DNA of 64,000 bases from Candidatus Latescibacterota bacterium (GTDB lineage Bacteria > Latescibacterota > UBA2968 > SICM01): positions 10,887 through 74,886 of the forward strand of contig SICM01000003.1 in the NCBI GenBank assembly GCA_009694805.1. The letters are read 5' to 3'. The position numbers were made by a program, and so were the translations under genes. Within the stretch, counting starts at the first letter, position 1, and each line of letters begins with the position of its first letter. Below the pieces are notes generated by a model. It was not told the origin of the DNA. It did no database searches and saw nothing but the letters and a program-made list of their open reading frames with translations. Positions 37,297-46,996 of this stretch are shown one piece after another.

Positions 37297-38643
37297 ATGA
37301 GGATGGGTATGGACTGTTCCAAGTTATGGGGTTGGAGATTCGCCGCCGTGGCCCTGGTCCTCATCCCGGCCTGCGCATCCGCGGAGGGGGGGATGACGTT
37401 GCAGGCCTGCATCGAACGGGCGCTGGCGGTGAACCCGGAGGTCAAGGGGGCCGCATTCGACGTCCAGACTGCGGAGGCCAGACTGGGGGAGGTGAAGGCG
37501 TCCCGATTCGTCCCCAAGTTCGAGATGACGCAGTACTTCGGGCCTTCGCCGGCGGCGCACGGGGACGTCTTCACGGCGCGGTCGGACTGGAAGAGCCTGA
37601 GCGTCTTCGAACGGACGGAGTTCGAGATCCTCCAGCCGCTCTACACATCGGGGAAGTGGAGCGCGGCGAGAGACGCGGCGGTGGCGGGCGTGGCGGTCCA
37701 GTCGGCAGGCGTGGACCGGCGGCGGGCAGAGGTCGTCCTGAGGGTCAAGGAGCTGTATTACGGCCTCCTCCTGGCCAAGCAGCTTTACGACGCGGCCGCC
37801 GAGAGCCAGAGCGAACTGAAAGAGGCCCGAACCAGGCTCATGGAGAAGATCGAGGGGGAGTCGGAGGAGGTCTCCTACAACGACCTCTACAAGCTGGACA
37901 CGTTCGGCTTCAAGGTCGATCAGGGGCTGCACCGCGTGGAGAAGGAGATGGCCCTGGCCCGGTCGGCGTTCAAGGCGTTGCTCGGCCTGGCCCCGGCGGA
38001 CAGCTTTGACGTGGCGGGGGAGGGTCTGGAGCAGGAGGCGGTGACGATCGAACCCCTGGAAGTCTACGTCGCGAGGGCCCTGAAAGACCGGCCCGAGATC
38101 CGGCAGCTTGCGGCGGGGATCGAGGCGCGCCGGGCGCAGGTGAGCGTGGCCCGGAGCGACTACTACCCGCAGGTGTTCATAGCGGGAGGGGGAAAGCTCG
38201 GGTATGCCCCGAATCGGGACCGGCAGACCGGTCCGTTTGTGCGGGACGATTTCAACGTCCGGCAGGCAGGGGCTGTGATCGGCCTGCGGCAGTCGCTCTC
38301 CTTCGGGATGACGAGGTCCCGCGTGGCTGCTGCTCAGGCCGAGTACCAGAAGACGCTGGCGACCGAAAAGGCCGCGCGGGATGGCATCGCGCTGGAGGTG
38401 GAACGGGCCTACAGGGACCTGGCCGAGGCGGGGGCGAACGTGGAGAGTGGAGAGCGGGCGTTGAAGGCGTCGCGGAGTCTGATGGTGGCGACGCGGGATG
38501 CCTTCAACGCCGGGCTGGGAGAGAGCAAAGAGATGGTCGATGCCTTCAAGGGGTATGGTGAGATGCGCGTGGAGTATTTCAGGGCGATTTTCGAGTACAA
38601 CCGGGCGGCGGCGCAGCTGGACAGGGTGACGGGGAAGGAATAG
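37297..38643 (+). CDS. TolC-family outer membrane protein
   Basis: Signal peptide, MTLQACIERALAVNP, QPLYTSG, VKELYYGLLL, RPEI, YYPQV, EVERAY. Confidence 0.85.
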   Translation: MRMGMDCSKLWGWRFAAVALVLIPACASAEGGMTLQACIERALAVNPEVKGAAFDVQTAEARLGEVKASRFVPKFEMTQYFGPSPAAHGDVFTARSDWKSLSVFERTEFEILQPLYTSGKWSAARDAAVAGVAVQSAGVDRRRAEVVLRVKELYYGLLLAKQLYDAAAESQSELKEARTRLMEKIEGESEEVSYNDLYKLDTFGFKVDQGLHRVEKEMALARSAFKALLGLAPADSFDVAGEGLEQEAVTIEPLEVYVARALKDRPEIRQLAAGIEARRAQVSVARSDYYPQVFIAGGGKLGYAPNRDRQTGPFVRDDFNVRQAGAVIGLRQSLSFGMTRSRVAAAQAEYQKTLATEKAARDGIALEVERAYRDLAEAGANVESGERALKASRSLMVATRDAFNAGLGESKEMVDAFKGYGEMRVEYFRAIFEYNRAAAQLDRVTGKE

Positions 38644-38691
38644 GCAGAAGGCAAGAAAATGTAAAATACAAAATGCAAAACAAAAAAACCT

Positions 38692-39411
38692 ATGCGAATT
38701 ATAAAAAACTACAAATTGCGAAAAGCGAGTGTCTGGACAGGAGGGGTGCTGCTCTCTACTTTCTGCTTCCTGTTTTCCGGGGGGGTGGGAAGGGTGGCGC
38801 TGGCAGACCCGGACAGGATCGTGCTGGAGAATTTCTCGCAGGGGCGCGTGGGAGAGTTGCCGTCGGGGTGGCGGTGGCGCGGAAAGGACGACGACAAACC
38901 CAAGCTCTACGCCATTCAGGAGGAGAGCGGTCACCGGTACCTGAACGCGAAGGATAGCGGGTATTCCGTGGCGATCTTCAAGACGATATCCTGGGACCTC
39001 CGGGCATATCCGGTCCTGACGTGGCGATGGCGTGCCAAGGCCCTCCCCCCCGGCGGGGATGAGCGGTTCGGGGCGAAGAACGACAGCGCGGCGGGTCTCT
39101 ACGTGGTCTTCTCGCAGAACTGGGTGGGGGTTCCGAAGCAGATCAAGTACGTCTGGAGCACGACGCTTCCGGTCGGGACGGTCGCAGACCGGAAGTTGAT
39201 CGGGAGGCCCCGTGTCCTGGTCCTCCGGAGCGGCAGGGCGCGGCTCGGGGAATGGGTGACGGAGCGGGTGAATCTCTACGAGGACTACAAACGGATCTGG
39301 GGCGGGGAGCCCAGCGAGAAGACGGTGGGCATCGCCATTCTGACGGATGCGGATGCGACGCACACCTTCGCAGAGGCGGATTATGCGGATATCGTGGCGA
39401 GGAAAGAGTAA
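38692..39411 (+). CDS. DUF3047-family periplasmic protein
   Basis: PVLTWRWR, ND.AAGLYVVF, IKYVWS, GEWVTERVNLYEDY, IAILTDAD. Confidence 0.8.
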   Translation: MRIIKNYKLRKASVWTGGVLLSTFCFLFSGGVGRVALADPDRIVLENFSQGRVGELPSGWRWRGKDDDKPKLYAIQEESGHRYLNAKDSGYSVAIFKTISWDLRAYPVLTWRWRAKALPPGGDERFGAKNDSAAGLYVVFSQNWVGVPKQIKYVWSTTLPVGTVADRKLIGRPRVLVLRSGRARLGEWVTERVNLYEDYKRIWGGEPSEKTVGIAILTDADATHTFAEADYADIVARKE

Positions 39412-39451
39412 TTGCAACTTTTCTTGCTACCGCTTTATGAAGGGGATTCCA

Positions 39452-40171
39452 ATGATTAAACGAACCTGTTATGGCGCCGCGTGTCTGATCCTGATGGCGT
39501 TTGCGCTGTGGGCTGACGGCCTTGCGCAGACGCCTTCGGATGCGGTCACCGGCCAGAAGCTGATCGACATGCTGAAGGAACGGGACAACGCCATCCGGGC
39601 CATCGCCCGTTCGACGAGCGGCCCGTTGAGCGCTGCGAACCAGGAGAAGCTGAAGGGCATCGTCGGCGATGCCTTCGATTACGAGGAGCTGAGTCGGCAG
39701 TCTCTGGGGAAATACTGGGCTGAGCGCACGCCGGCGGAGCAGAAAGAGTTCGTGGGGCTTTACAGAAAGCTCATCGAGAAGAGCTACGCCGATCCCAAGC
39801 TCTACCGGAAGGTGGAGAAGATCGCCTACGATGGGGCAGAGGTGGTGGACTCGATGGCGACGGTGAGGACGACCGTGGTGTACAAGGGAGAGAAGAGCGT
39901 CATCAAATACGTGATGCGCCGTGTGGGCGACAGGTGGCTGATCACGGACATGGTGATCGACGACGTGAGCGTGGTGCGAAACAACCGACAGAACTTCTAC
40001 AAGGAGATCGCCAAGTCGTCCTATGCCGGGCTGTTGAGCAAGCTCAAGAAGAAACTGGCGGAGAAGACGTCCGGGGGGGGAAGGCCAGCGGTAAGACATT
40101 TTGAAAGGCGGGCGGGAGGGGTGAGGGGTGAGGTGCGGGCATGGAGATGTTTTTCAGGGGCGGGTGAATGA
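39452..40171 (+). CDS. MlaC/Ttg2D (HpnM-like) periplasmic lipid-binding protein
   Basis: FDYEELSRQSLGKYW, WLITDMVIDDVSVVRN; true stop may be TAA 40092-40094 if the G8 run at 40073 has an extra G. Confidence 0.85.
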   Translation: MIKRTCYGAACLILMAFALWADGLAQTPSDAVTGQKLIDMLKERDNAIRAIARSTSGPLSAANQEKLKGIVGDAFDYEELSRQSLGKYWAERTPAEQKEFVGLYRKLIEKSYADPKLYRKVEKIAYDGAEVVDSMATVRTTVVYKGEKSVIKYVMRRVGDRWLITDMVIDDVSVVRNNRQNFYKEIAKSSYAGLLSKLKKKLAEKTSGGGRPAVRHFERRAGGVRGEVRAWRCFSGAGE

Positions 40172-40190
40172 ACCCGCCCCTTTTATTCTT
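40156..40190 (+). terminator. Intrinsic terminator / REP-like hairpin after the mlaC-like gene
   Basis: AGGGGCGGGT-GAATGA-ACCCGCCCCT followed by TTTATTCTT. Confidence 0.55.
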
Positions 40191-40310
40191 TCTTGCGGAG
40201 GCCGCAGGAATGCCTTATATTGAGAGAGTTTTAGCCGTATCGAGGGCATGGAACTGGGCTGGGAAAGAGGGTCACATTCGTCCTTCAGGCTTGGGGGAGA
40301 TCGTAGCATT

Positions 40311-41312
40311 ATGACATTCTGGCCCAAGATGCTCAAGCGGGCGTTCGACCGGGAGCCGATCGCGTGTCACCTCTACGTAACCGATCAGTGCAACCTGGAC
40401 TGTCACTACTGCACTGAGTACGACAACAGCGTCCCTCATCCGAGCCTGGAAGACCTCAAGCGGTGGATCCGGAAGATCAAGGAACTGGGGTGTATCCGGA
40501 TCGGCCTTCAGGGGGGAGAACCCCTGTTACACCCGGACATCGTGGAAGTGGTCCAGTACTGCAAAACGCTCCGGCTCAGGACCAGCCTCTCCACGAACGG
40601 GTTCAAACTGACCCCGAAGCTGGTCCGCTCCCTGGAGGAGGCTGGACTGGATTCGCTCCAGGTGTCCGTGGATCGGATGACGCCCATCCCGTCCACGCTC
40701 AAGGCCCTCAAGACCGTCATCCCCAAACTGGAATATCTCAAGCATTCCAAGATCCCCTACCATATCTCAGGCGTCCTGTTCAGCGAGACGCTCGCGGAGT
40801 CCCGGCAGGTGCTGGAGTACGGGTTCTCTGAGGGGATCTCCACGCACGCCCGTCTGGTCCACGCAGGGCCGGATGGAGGCCTGCGCGTCGGCGCCGGCGA
40901 GAAGGCCGCGCTGTCGTCGTTCATCGACTCGATGGCCGAGGCGAAGCGGCAGGGGAAGCAGGTTCATACGACCGGCCCCATCCTGGACTATCAGAAGGCC
41001 CTGCTCAACGGGGGGGGCGTGGACTGGACGTGTCTGGCCGGATATAAATATTTTTTCGTGTCGGCGAAGGGGGAATTCTGGCTCTGCAGCATGAACCGGA
41101 GGCCGGCCCTGGACATCATGTCCGTCACCCCTGACCTCCTGAAGAGTTACTTCCACAAGAAGGCGTGTCAGGAGGGGTGCGGGGTTTACTGCATCGTCGA
41201 GACCTCCATGTTCTGCAATCATCCCTTCCGGTTCGTGCTCCACGAAGCGTGGGATCGCCTTCAGCAGAAGGCCTCGCGACTATGGAATCGCCCGTCAAAG
41301 TCCTTTTCCTGA
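40311..41312 (+). CDS. Radical SAM protein with C-terminal Cys (Twitch/SPASM-like) domain
   Basis: CNLDCHYC, GGEPLL, STNG, CLAGYKY..GEFWLC, CQEGCGVYC. Confidence 0.85.
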   Translation: MTFWPKMLKRAFDREPIACHLYVTDQCNLDCHYCTEYDNSVPHPSLEDLKRWIRKIKELGCIRIGLQGGEPLLHPDIVEVVQYCKTLRLRTSLSTNGFKLTPKLVRSLEEAGLDSLQVSVDRMTPIPSTLKALKTVIPKLEYLKHSKIPYHISGVLFSETLAESRQVLEYGFSEGISTHARLVHAGPDGGLRVGAGEKAALSSFIDSMAEAKRQGKQVHTTGPILDYQKALLNGGGVDWTCLAGYKYFFVSAKGEFWLCSMNRRPALDIMSVTPDLLKSYFHKKACQEGCGVYCIVETSMFCNHPFRFVLHEAWDRLQQKASRLWNRPSKSFS

Positions 41313-42475
41313 CCAGTTGCGTCCGGGGCGGAGGGCCTGGCTGGAGCCTCTTCTATCTGCTCAAGTATCTCGACCGGTCCGCCGTCGATCCGACGGTGGT
41401 ACTCCCGGCGGCCGGAGTTCTGGCCGGACGTCTGGAGTCCATCCAGGTCCGGTATCGGATCTGTCCTCAACTGCCGGAGCGGCTCTACACCCTCCGGTTT
41501 GCGCGTGCTGGAAGGGTGCGGTATCTCCTCTCCGCGCTGTGGAACTTCGTGGATGGATGCCGCGCCTTCGTCGCGCTGGTCCGGTTCATCCGCGCGGAAA
41601 AGTTCCATCTGATCTACTGCAACAACATGCTCGTGAAGGCCATCGGCGCTTTCGCCGGGCAGGTCACGGGCACGCCGGTGATTCTGCACTGCCGGAACAT
41701 CCACGATTCCTTCCTGAGACGGACACTGCTGGTCCAGATCGCCCGATTGCCCGCTGTCCGGCGCGTGGTGTGCATCTCCCAGGCTGCCGAGGGGCCGTAC
41801 CGCTTTTCCGGGAAGACGACGGTGGTCCCGAACGGGGTGGATCTGAGCGAATATCATCCTGAACGGGTGACCGGGAGGCTCCGGGCAGAATTGGGCCTGG
41901 GCGAAGAGGATATCATCGTCGGCTATCTGGGACGGATCGTCCCGTGGAAGGGACTCGACGTGCTGATCGACGCTGCCCGGATCGTGTTGCAGCAGCGTCG
42001 GGGGGTCCAGTTCTGTATCGTGGGGGAGAATCCGGTCGGGGCCACGCGGGATCTGGGGGCGGAGTACCGTCAGCGGGCGGTGGGCCACGGGATTTCGGAC
42101 CACGTCCATTTTCTCGGATTCCGGGAGGACGTCCGGCCCTATCTGCGCGACTTCAACCTGCTGGCCCTCCCCTCCAAGGAGCCGGAGCCTTTCGGACGGG
42201 TGAACATCGAGGCGATGGCGATGGGCGTGCCGGTGATCGCGACCGCCCACGGAGGGCCCGCCGAGATCATCGAAGATGGCGTGGACAGTTTCCTGGTCCC
42301 TCCGAAAGACCCCGAGGCCCTGGCCCGCAAGATCCTGTGGCTGATCTCAGATCTGGAAGCCTGCAGGGCATTTGGCGCACGTGCGCGGAAGAAGGTCTGC
42401 GAACGCTTCGACGCCGCGAAGGTCGCGGGGAGGATCGAAGGCGTCATCGGAGAGGCGACAGAACGGCGGAGATGA
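41282..42475 (+). CDS. Glycosyltransferase family 4
   Basis: VPNGVD, GRIVPWKG, EPFGRVNIEAMAMGVPVI. Confidence 0.9.
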   Translation: MESPVKVLFLTSCVRGGGPGWSLFYLLKYLDRSAVDPTVVLPAAGVLAGRLESIQVRYRICPQLPERLYTLRFARAGRVRYLLSALWNFVDGCRAFVALVRFIRAEKFHLIYCNNMLVKAIGAFAGQVTGTPVILHCRNIHDSFLRRTLLVQIARLPAVRRVVCISQAAEGPYRFSGKTTVVPNGVDLSEYHPERVTGRLRAELGLGEEDIIVGYLGRIVPWKGLDVLIDAARIVLQQRRGVQFCIVGENPVGATRDLGAEYRQRAVGHGISDHVHFLGFREDVRPYLRDFNLLALPSKEPEPFGRVNIEAMAMGVPVIATAHGGPAEIIEDGVDSFLVPPKDPEALARKILWLISDLEACRAFGARARKKVCERFDAAKVAGRIEGVIGEATERRR

Positions 42476-42521
42476 AACGGAGAAGGGAGAAACGGGGAAA
42501 CGGGGAGAAGTTCTTTCCTCT

Positions 42522-44345
42522 TCACCGATTCTCCGATTCCCCGGTTCCGGGTTGGGTGGCAGAGGAGGGTGAGGGCGGCGAATCGCTTGGGATGCGGTAG
42601 ACTCTGAAGAGGGCATTCTCATAGACCTTGTCGAGTGTGCTCAGGTCTCCGAGGTGCTGGGGCGCGACGACGACGACGTATTGTACGTCGAACGTCCGGG
42701 CCAGGGCGCGGGCGCGTTCCGCGTCCAGGCTGAGATATCCCTGAACGACCTCCTGCTGAGACACGGGGTTGCTCGTGCCGCTCACCGTTGCGATTCGGCG
42801 GTACCACTCTTCAGAATCCTGCAGGCGGTAGGGAAACCCCTTCCAGTCCACGACGATGCTCCGTCCCGCGTTGAGCCGGAATCGGTCCATCTTGAGTGGC
42901 GCCACGAAACGGGCGTCTTGAGGGGTAGCCGCACGGATCCACCGGTAGAGGTCGGATTCGGGTCTGAAGGGCAGCAAGGTAGCGAGGATCTGGGGCGGCG
43001 TATGGCTTCGGACCCATCTACACAGGGCGTAATCGGCCCCGTAGGGAGAGAAGGACGCCATTGAAAGCGGGAAGCAGAATCCGGTCAGACCTGTCAGGAA
43101 GAGGAGGGTTCCCCAGGTCAGGAACCGGGGCGCAAACTTCGGACCCTGGCCGAAAAACCTGACTCGCGCGGCGATGAGACAGGGGATGATCAGGATGACC
43201 AGCACGAGCCCGACGATCCGATTCGTCCAGCAGGTCACGAGCAGGCCCAGGCCCAGAAGGATGAGTCTCCTGAGTCTGGATGCGGCGTCCCCCTGAGATT
43301 CCACCTCTTTCGCCACCGCGCCTGCGAAGAAGAGCAGGCCGAAGCAGGACAGGAGCGCCACGAAGTGGAATGGCTCCAGCATGGCGACCTGCGGGATAAA
43401 GAGGATCAGCGTACAGAAGCACATGAGGATGAAAAGTCCTGACAGGGAGGCGGCGGCCGAGAGCACGACCGGCGACCCGGGCGTCCGAGGCCAGCGCATG
43501 AGCAGGCCGATGATCCCCAGGGCCGCGTGTCCGGCGAAAAGGGCAAAGCCCGCCGTGCCCCAGTTTCTGGGCAGGTAGTGATGGGGCGCGCGGAATCGGA
43601 GCAGGGCGTCGAGGCGTTCGACGGCGTGTTCTCCGAGATCGAAGCGGACCAGGACTGACCAGACGGACGGAAGCGTCAGGACCAGGAAGGGGACCAGGAA
43701 GGCGATGATCTCCCGCCTTGAGAACCTGCGGGGGAGCGCGACCCAGACCCCTCCCAGGAACAGCGGGATCATGAACAGAAACGTCCCGTGGAACAGGCCG
43801 CTCAGGCCGAACAGCGCCCCGGCCAGGGCGCAACGCGAGGGCATCGGCGCAGCGCACGAGAGTGCGGCCACGCCGGCCAGGAACAGGGTGGAGGCTATTC
43901 CTGCGGGGAGGAGCCAGGGGACGAAGAAGGGGTGCGACAGGATGCTCGTGTTGCCCACGGCCATGTAGAGAATGATCAGGGAGAACAGGAACGGCAGGAA
44001 GGGGCGGTCGTAGAGGGCGCGCAGGATGACGTAGGCGCTGAAGGCGAGCAGGGTCTTGAACAGCAGGTAGAAGACGGCGCTGGTCCAGGGCAGGGGCCCC
44101 ATCCCCTGCAGCAGATAGATCAGGTAGGTGAAAGCGGCGTGGTGATGGACGGTCTCCGAGGCAAACCAGTCCCCTGCGAGGAACGAGGGGGCGGCCATCC
44201 GAAGGCCCGAAAGCAGATAGGTGTTCTGGTCCGAGACGCCGTAATGCACCCCGAGGGAACACGCAAAGAGGAGGCAGAGGAGCCCCACCCCGAGACGTTC
44301 CGGGGGGCGCCAGGACCGGATCCATTCCGATTTCATAAGCGACAT
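42522..44345 (-). CDS. Polytopic membrane protein, DUF6798-like (GT-C-like topology)
   Basis: About 12 TM segments; DQNTYL, GDWF, RAPHHY, FRL.A.RSIVVDWK, EEWYRRI. Confidence 0.65.
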   Translation of the reverse strand: MSLMKSEWIRSWRPPERLGVGLLCLLFACSLGVHYGVSDQNTYLLSGLRMAAPSFLAGDWFASETVHHHAAFTYLIYLLQGMGPLPWTSAVFYLLFKTLLAFSAYVILRALYDRPFLPFLFSLIILYMAVGNTSILSHPFFVPWLLPAGIASTLFLAGVAALSCAAPMPSRCALAGALFGLSGLFHGTFLFMIPLFLGGVWVALPRRFSRREIIAFLVPFLVLTLPSVWSVLVRFDLGEHAVERLDALLRFRAPHHYLPRNWGTAGFALFAGHAALGIIGLLMRWPRTPGSPVVLSAAASLSGLFILMCFCTLILFIPQVAMLEPFHFVALLSCFGLLFFAGAVAKEVESQGDAASRLRRLILLGLGLLVTCWTNRIVGLVLVILIIPCLIAARVRFFGQGPKFAPRFLTWGTLLFLTGLTGFCFPLSMASFSPYGADYALCRWVRSHTPPQILATLLPFRPESDLYRWIRAATPQDARFVAPLKMDRFRLNAGRSIVVDWKGFPYRLQDSEEWYRRIATVSGTSNPVSQQEVVQGYLSLDAERARALARTFDVQYVVVVAPQHLGDLSTLDKVYENALFRVYRIPSDSPPSPSSATQPGTGESENR

Positions 44346-44485
44346 TGAACAGGGATGGACAGGATGAACAGGACAGGGGGGCCGGGATGTCGAATGGCCT
44401 GAGCGCAAATTTAAACGCTCCGCCCTCTTAGTCAACACATTTCTGAGGCTTGTGGCAAAAAAGAGAATCGAACAGGGATGTACAG

Positions 44486-44509
44486 GCTTGTCCTGAGCGT
44501 AGTCGAAGG
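44486..44509. repeat. Short REP-like unit CCTGAGCGTAGTCGAAGG nested in a 9-nt repeat array
   Basis: Interrupts gaacagggatgtacagg...gagcaggata; compare uninterrupted gaacagggatggacaggatgaacaggac near 44348. Confidence 0.55.
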
Positions 44510-44617
44510 GGTGAGCAGGATAAAAGAACTGTAGGCGTGAGGAGTGAGGATCGAGGGAAGACTTCCTCATTCCTCATCTCTATGTGCGGGCTTCAACTTT
44601 TTTCAGGATCGGTGTCC

Positions 44618-45583
44618 ATGTTGACGCGTAAGATGACGCCTTCGCGAAAATTTAGGGCCACCCTCAAATACATCAAGACCCGCCTCCAGCGCCGGCCCCT
44701 GCTGGTGAATCTGGAGGTGACCAAGTTCTGCAACGCGGCGTGCGATTTTTGCGATTACTGGCAGACGAAAAAGTCGCCGAAGCTGGACGATTACGTGGCC
44801 GTCGTCCAGAAGATCAACCCGATGATGGTGTCGCTGACGGGGGGGGAGCCGATGCTTCGGAAGGACCTCCCGAACGTCATCCGCAACCTGCGGGACCATT
44901 TCGGATTTCTCTACATCGGGATGGTGACCCACGGGCAGTTGCTGACCATGGAGAAGGCGAAGGCCCTGTGGGACGCCGGTCTGGATCAGCTTTCGATCTC
45001 GATGAACTACCTCGGCCCGAAGCACGACGAGGAACGGGGACTGCCCGGACTGTTCGACCACCTGTCGAAGCTGATCCCGAGGCTGAAAGAGGTGGAAGTG
45101 GACAACGTGGTGCTGAACACCGTGATCAAGGACGACAATCTGGATCACATTCCGAACCTCATCCGGCAGGCGCACGCGTGGGGCATTCGCATCTCGTTCA
45201 GTTCCTACACGGCGCTCAAGAACGGGAATGAGGTGCACATGGTCCGGGCGGAACAGATGGAGAAGCTGCGGGCCACGATCGAGGAGATCCGGGCGCTGAA
45301 GCGGCGCTACCGGAACGTGGTCTCCTCCCAGTATTACCTGAGCATGGTGCCGAAGTACTTCGAGCAGGGCTACCTGGAGGGGTGCAAGGCGGGGAAGAGT
45401 TTCATCCAGGTGACGCCGGACGGCCACCTGAAGGTGTGTCCGGAGATGCCGGTGATCGGCCACTACTCCGAGTACAGGCGACAGAAGGAGGACGTGACCT
45501 GCACGAAGTGCTGGTACAGCTGTCGTGGAGAGTCTCAGGCCCCGTTCTCGCCCCAGCGGTTCTGGGAGCTGGTGAGGGGATAG
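44618..45583 (+). CDS. Radical SAM protein, HpnH-like architecture
   Basis: PLLVNLEVTKFCNAACDFC, TGGEPML, HDEERG, CKAG..TPDG..VC, CTKCWYSC. Confidence 0.85.
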   Translation: MLTRKMTPSRKFRATLKYIKTRLQRRPLLVNLEVTKFCNAACDFCDYWQTKKSPKLDDYVAVVQKINPMMVSLTGGEPMLRKDLPNVIRNLRDHFGFLYIGMVTHGQLLTMEKAKALWDAGLDQLSISMNYLGPKHDEERGLPGLFDHLSKLIPRLKEVEVDNVVLNTVIKDDNLDHIPNLIRQAHAWGIRISFSSYTALKNGNEVHMVRAEQMEKLRATIEEIRALKRRYRNVVSSQYYLSMVPKYFEQGYLEGCKAGKSFIQVTPDGHLKVCPEMPVIGHYSEYRRQKEDVTCTKCWYSCRGESQAPFSPQRFWELVRG

Positions 45584-45590
45584 AGGCAGT

Positions 45591-45673
45591 CCCTCGATAC
45601 GGGGCCTGCGGCCGCTACTCGGGATAAACGGACCGTATGCCCCGAGTAGCGGCTGTAAGCCGCGTATCGAGGG
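45591..45673. repeat. REP-doublet-like palindrome, copy 2
   Basis: CCCTCGATACG..CTACTCGGG..CCCGAGTAG..CGTATCGAGGG. Confidence 0.8.
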
Positions 45674-45689
45674 GCAGAAGGCAGAAGGC

Positions 45690-45727
45690 AGAGGGGCGCG
45701 CGGCGATGCCGCGCGCCCCTCTTTTTT
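45690..45727 (+). terminator. Intrinsic terminator between the radical SAM gene and convergent ftsZ
   Basis: AGAGGGGCGCGCGGC-GAT-GCCGCGCGCCCCTCT followed by a T run. Confidence 0.8.
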
Positions 45728-46931
45728 ATATGCTCAATCCGCGCCCCTTGCGGAGGAAGGTGGGGTATTCGAGGTCGTTGGGGGAGAGTTTTTCGAGATC
45801 GACCTCGTCGCCCGCCTTGTGCTCCGCCGACTCCGGCGAAGCGGCGTCGTTCGCGCCGTTCGGCGGACGCATGAAGGTCGGGATGTCCAGCTTCTCCATC
45901 TTGGAGATGCGGCCGTTGTCGGGGAGGGCGGTCCTGGCCTTCTCGGTGACGCTGGCGACCGCATCCTCCCGCTTGCTGTGGAAGCCGGTGGCGATGACCG
46001 TGACGCGCATCTCATCTTCCAGGTTGTCGTCGAGGACCGTGCCCCAGATGATCTCGGCATCGCTGCCCACGGCCTCGGTGATGACGGAGACGGCGTCATT
46101 GACCTCGAACAGCGTGAGGTCGCTTCCTGCGGAGATGTTGACCAGGACGCCCTTGGCCCCCAGGATGGACATGTCTTCGAGGAGGGGGCTTCGGATGGCG
46201 TTCTGGGCGGCCTGGATGGACCGGTTCTCGCCCCGCGCCAGCCCGGTGCCCATCAGGGCGTCTCCGCCGGCGGACATGACGGTCTTGACGTCGTTGAAGT
46301 CGAGGTTGATCAGGCCGGGCGTGGTGATCAGGTCGGAGATGCCCCGCGTGGCCTGGAGCAGGACATCGTCGGCCAGCCGGAACGCCTCGGTGAGGGGGAG
46401 GTCTTTCGGGGCGATGGTCAGGAGGCGCTGGTTGGGGATGATGATGAGGGTATCGACGCTCTCCTTGAGCTGCGCGATGCCCTGCTCGGCGTTGCGCGAA
46501 CGGGGTTTCCCCTCCCACTTGAAGGGCGTGGTGACGATGCCGACGGTGAGCGCGCCCAGCTCCTTGGCGATCTGCGCCACGACGGGGGCCGCTCCGGTTC
46601 CGGTCCCGCCCCCCATGCCGGCGGTGATGAAGACCATGTCGCTCCCGGCGAGGATCTCGGCGACCTGTTCCCGATCCTCTTCTATGGCCTTGCGTCCGAC
46701 GTCCGGCCTGGCCCCCGCGCCGAGCCCTTTCGTGACGCTGTTACCGATGTGGATGCGGTGGGTGGCCTTGGAGAGTTCCAGGACCTGGGCGTCGGTGTTG
46801 ATGGCCACGAACTCCACGCCTTCCAGCCCCGCGTCGATCATGCGATTGACCGCGTTGCCCCCTGCGCCCCCCACGCCGATGACCCGCATCCTGGCCTGTT
46901 TCTCCGTCTCCATGATGGAAAATGTTACCAC
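45726..46931 (-). CDS. ftsZ: Cell division protein FtsZ
   Basis: [30 protein letters not shown]-terminal LEYPTFLRK. Confidence 0.97.
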   Translation of the reverse strand: MVTFSIMETEKQARMRVIGVGGAGGNAVNRMIDAGLEGVEFVAINTDAQVLELSKATHRIHIGNSVTKGLGAGARPDVGRKAIEEDREQVAEILAGSDMVFITAGMGGGTGTGAAPVVAQIAKELGALTVGIVTTPFKWEGKPRSRNAEQGIAQLKESVDTLIIIPNQRLLTIAPKDLPLTEAFRLADDVLLQATRGISDLITTPGLINLDFNDVKTVMSAGGDALMGTGLARGENRSIQAAQNAIRSPLLEDMSILGAKGVLVNISAGSDLTLFEVNDAVSVITEAVGSDAEIIWGTVLDDNLEDEMRVTVIATGFHSKREDAVASVTEKARTALPDNGRISKMEKLDIPTFMRPPNGANDAASPESAEHKAGDEVDLEKLSPNDLEYPTFLRKGRGLSI

Positions 46932-46996
46932 GGTTCACCTCCCTGAAACGATGAATGCAGAACGCTGAAGGATGAATGCGAAATGAAAAGTAGGTT

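Noticed and set aside
39414-39428. CAACTTTTCTTGCT matching the head of the structured element
   Set aside because: No downstream CAAGAAAAG arm or pseudoknot partner; at most a remnant or a chance match
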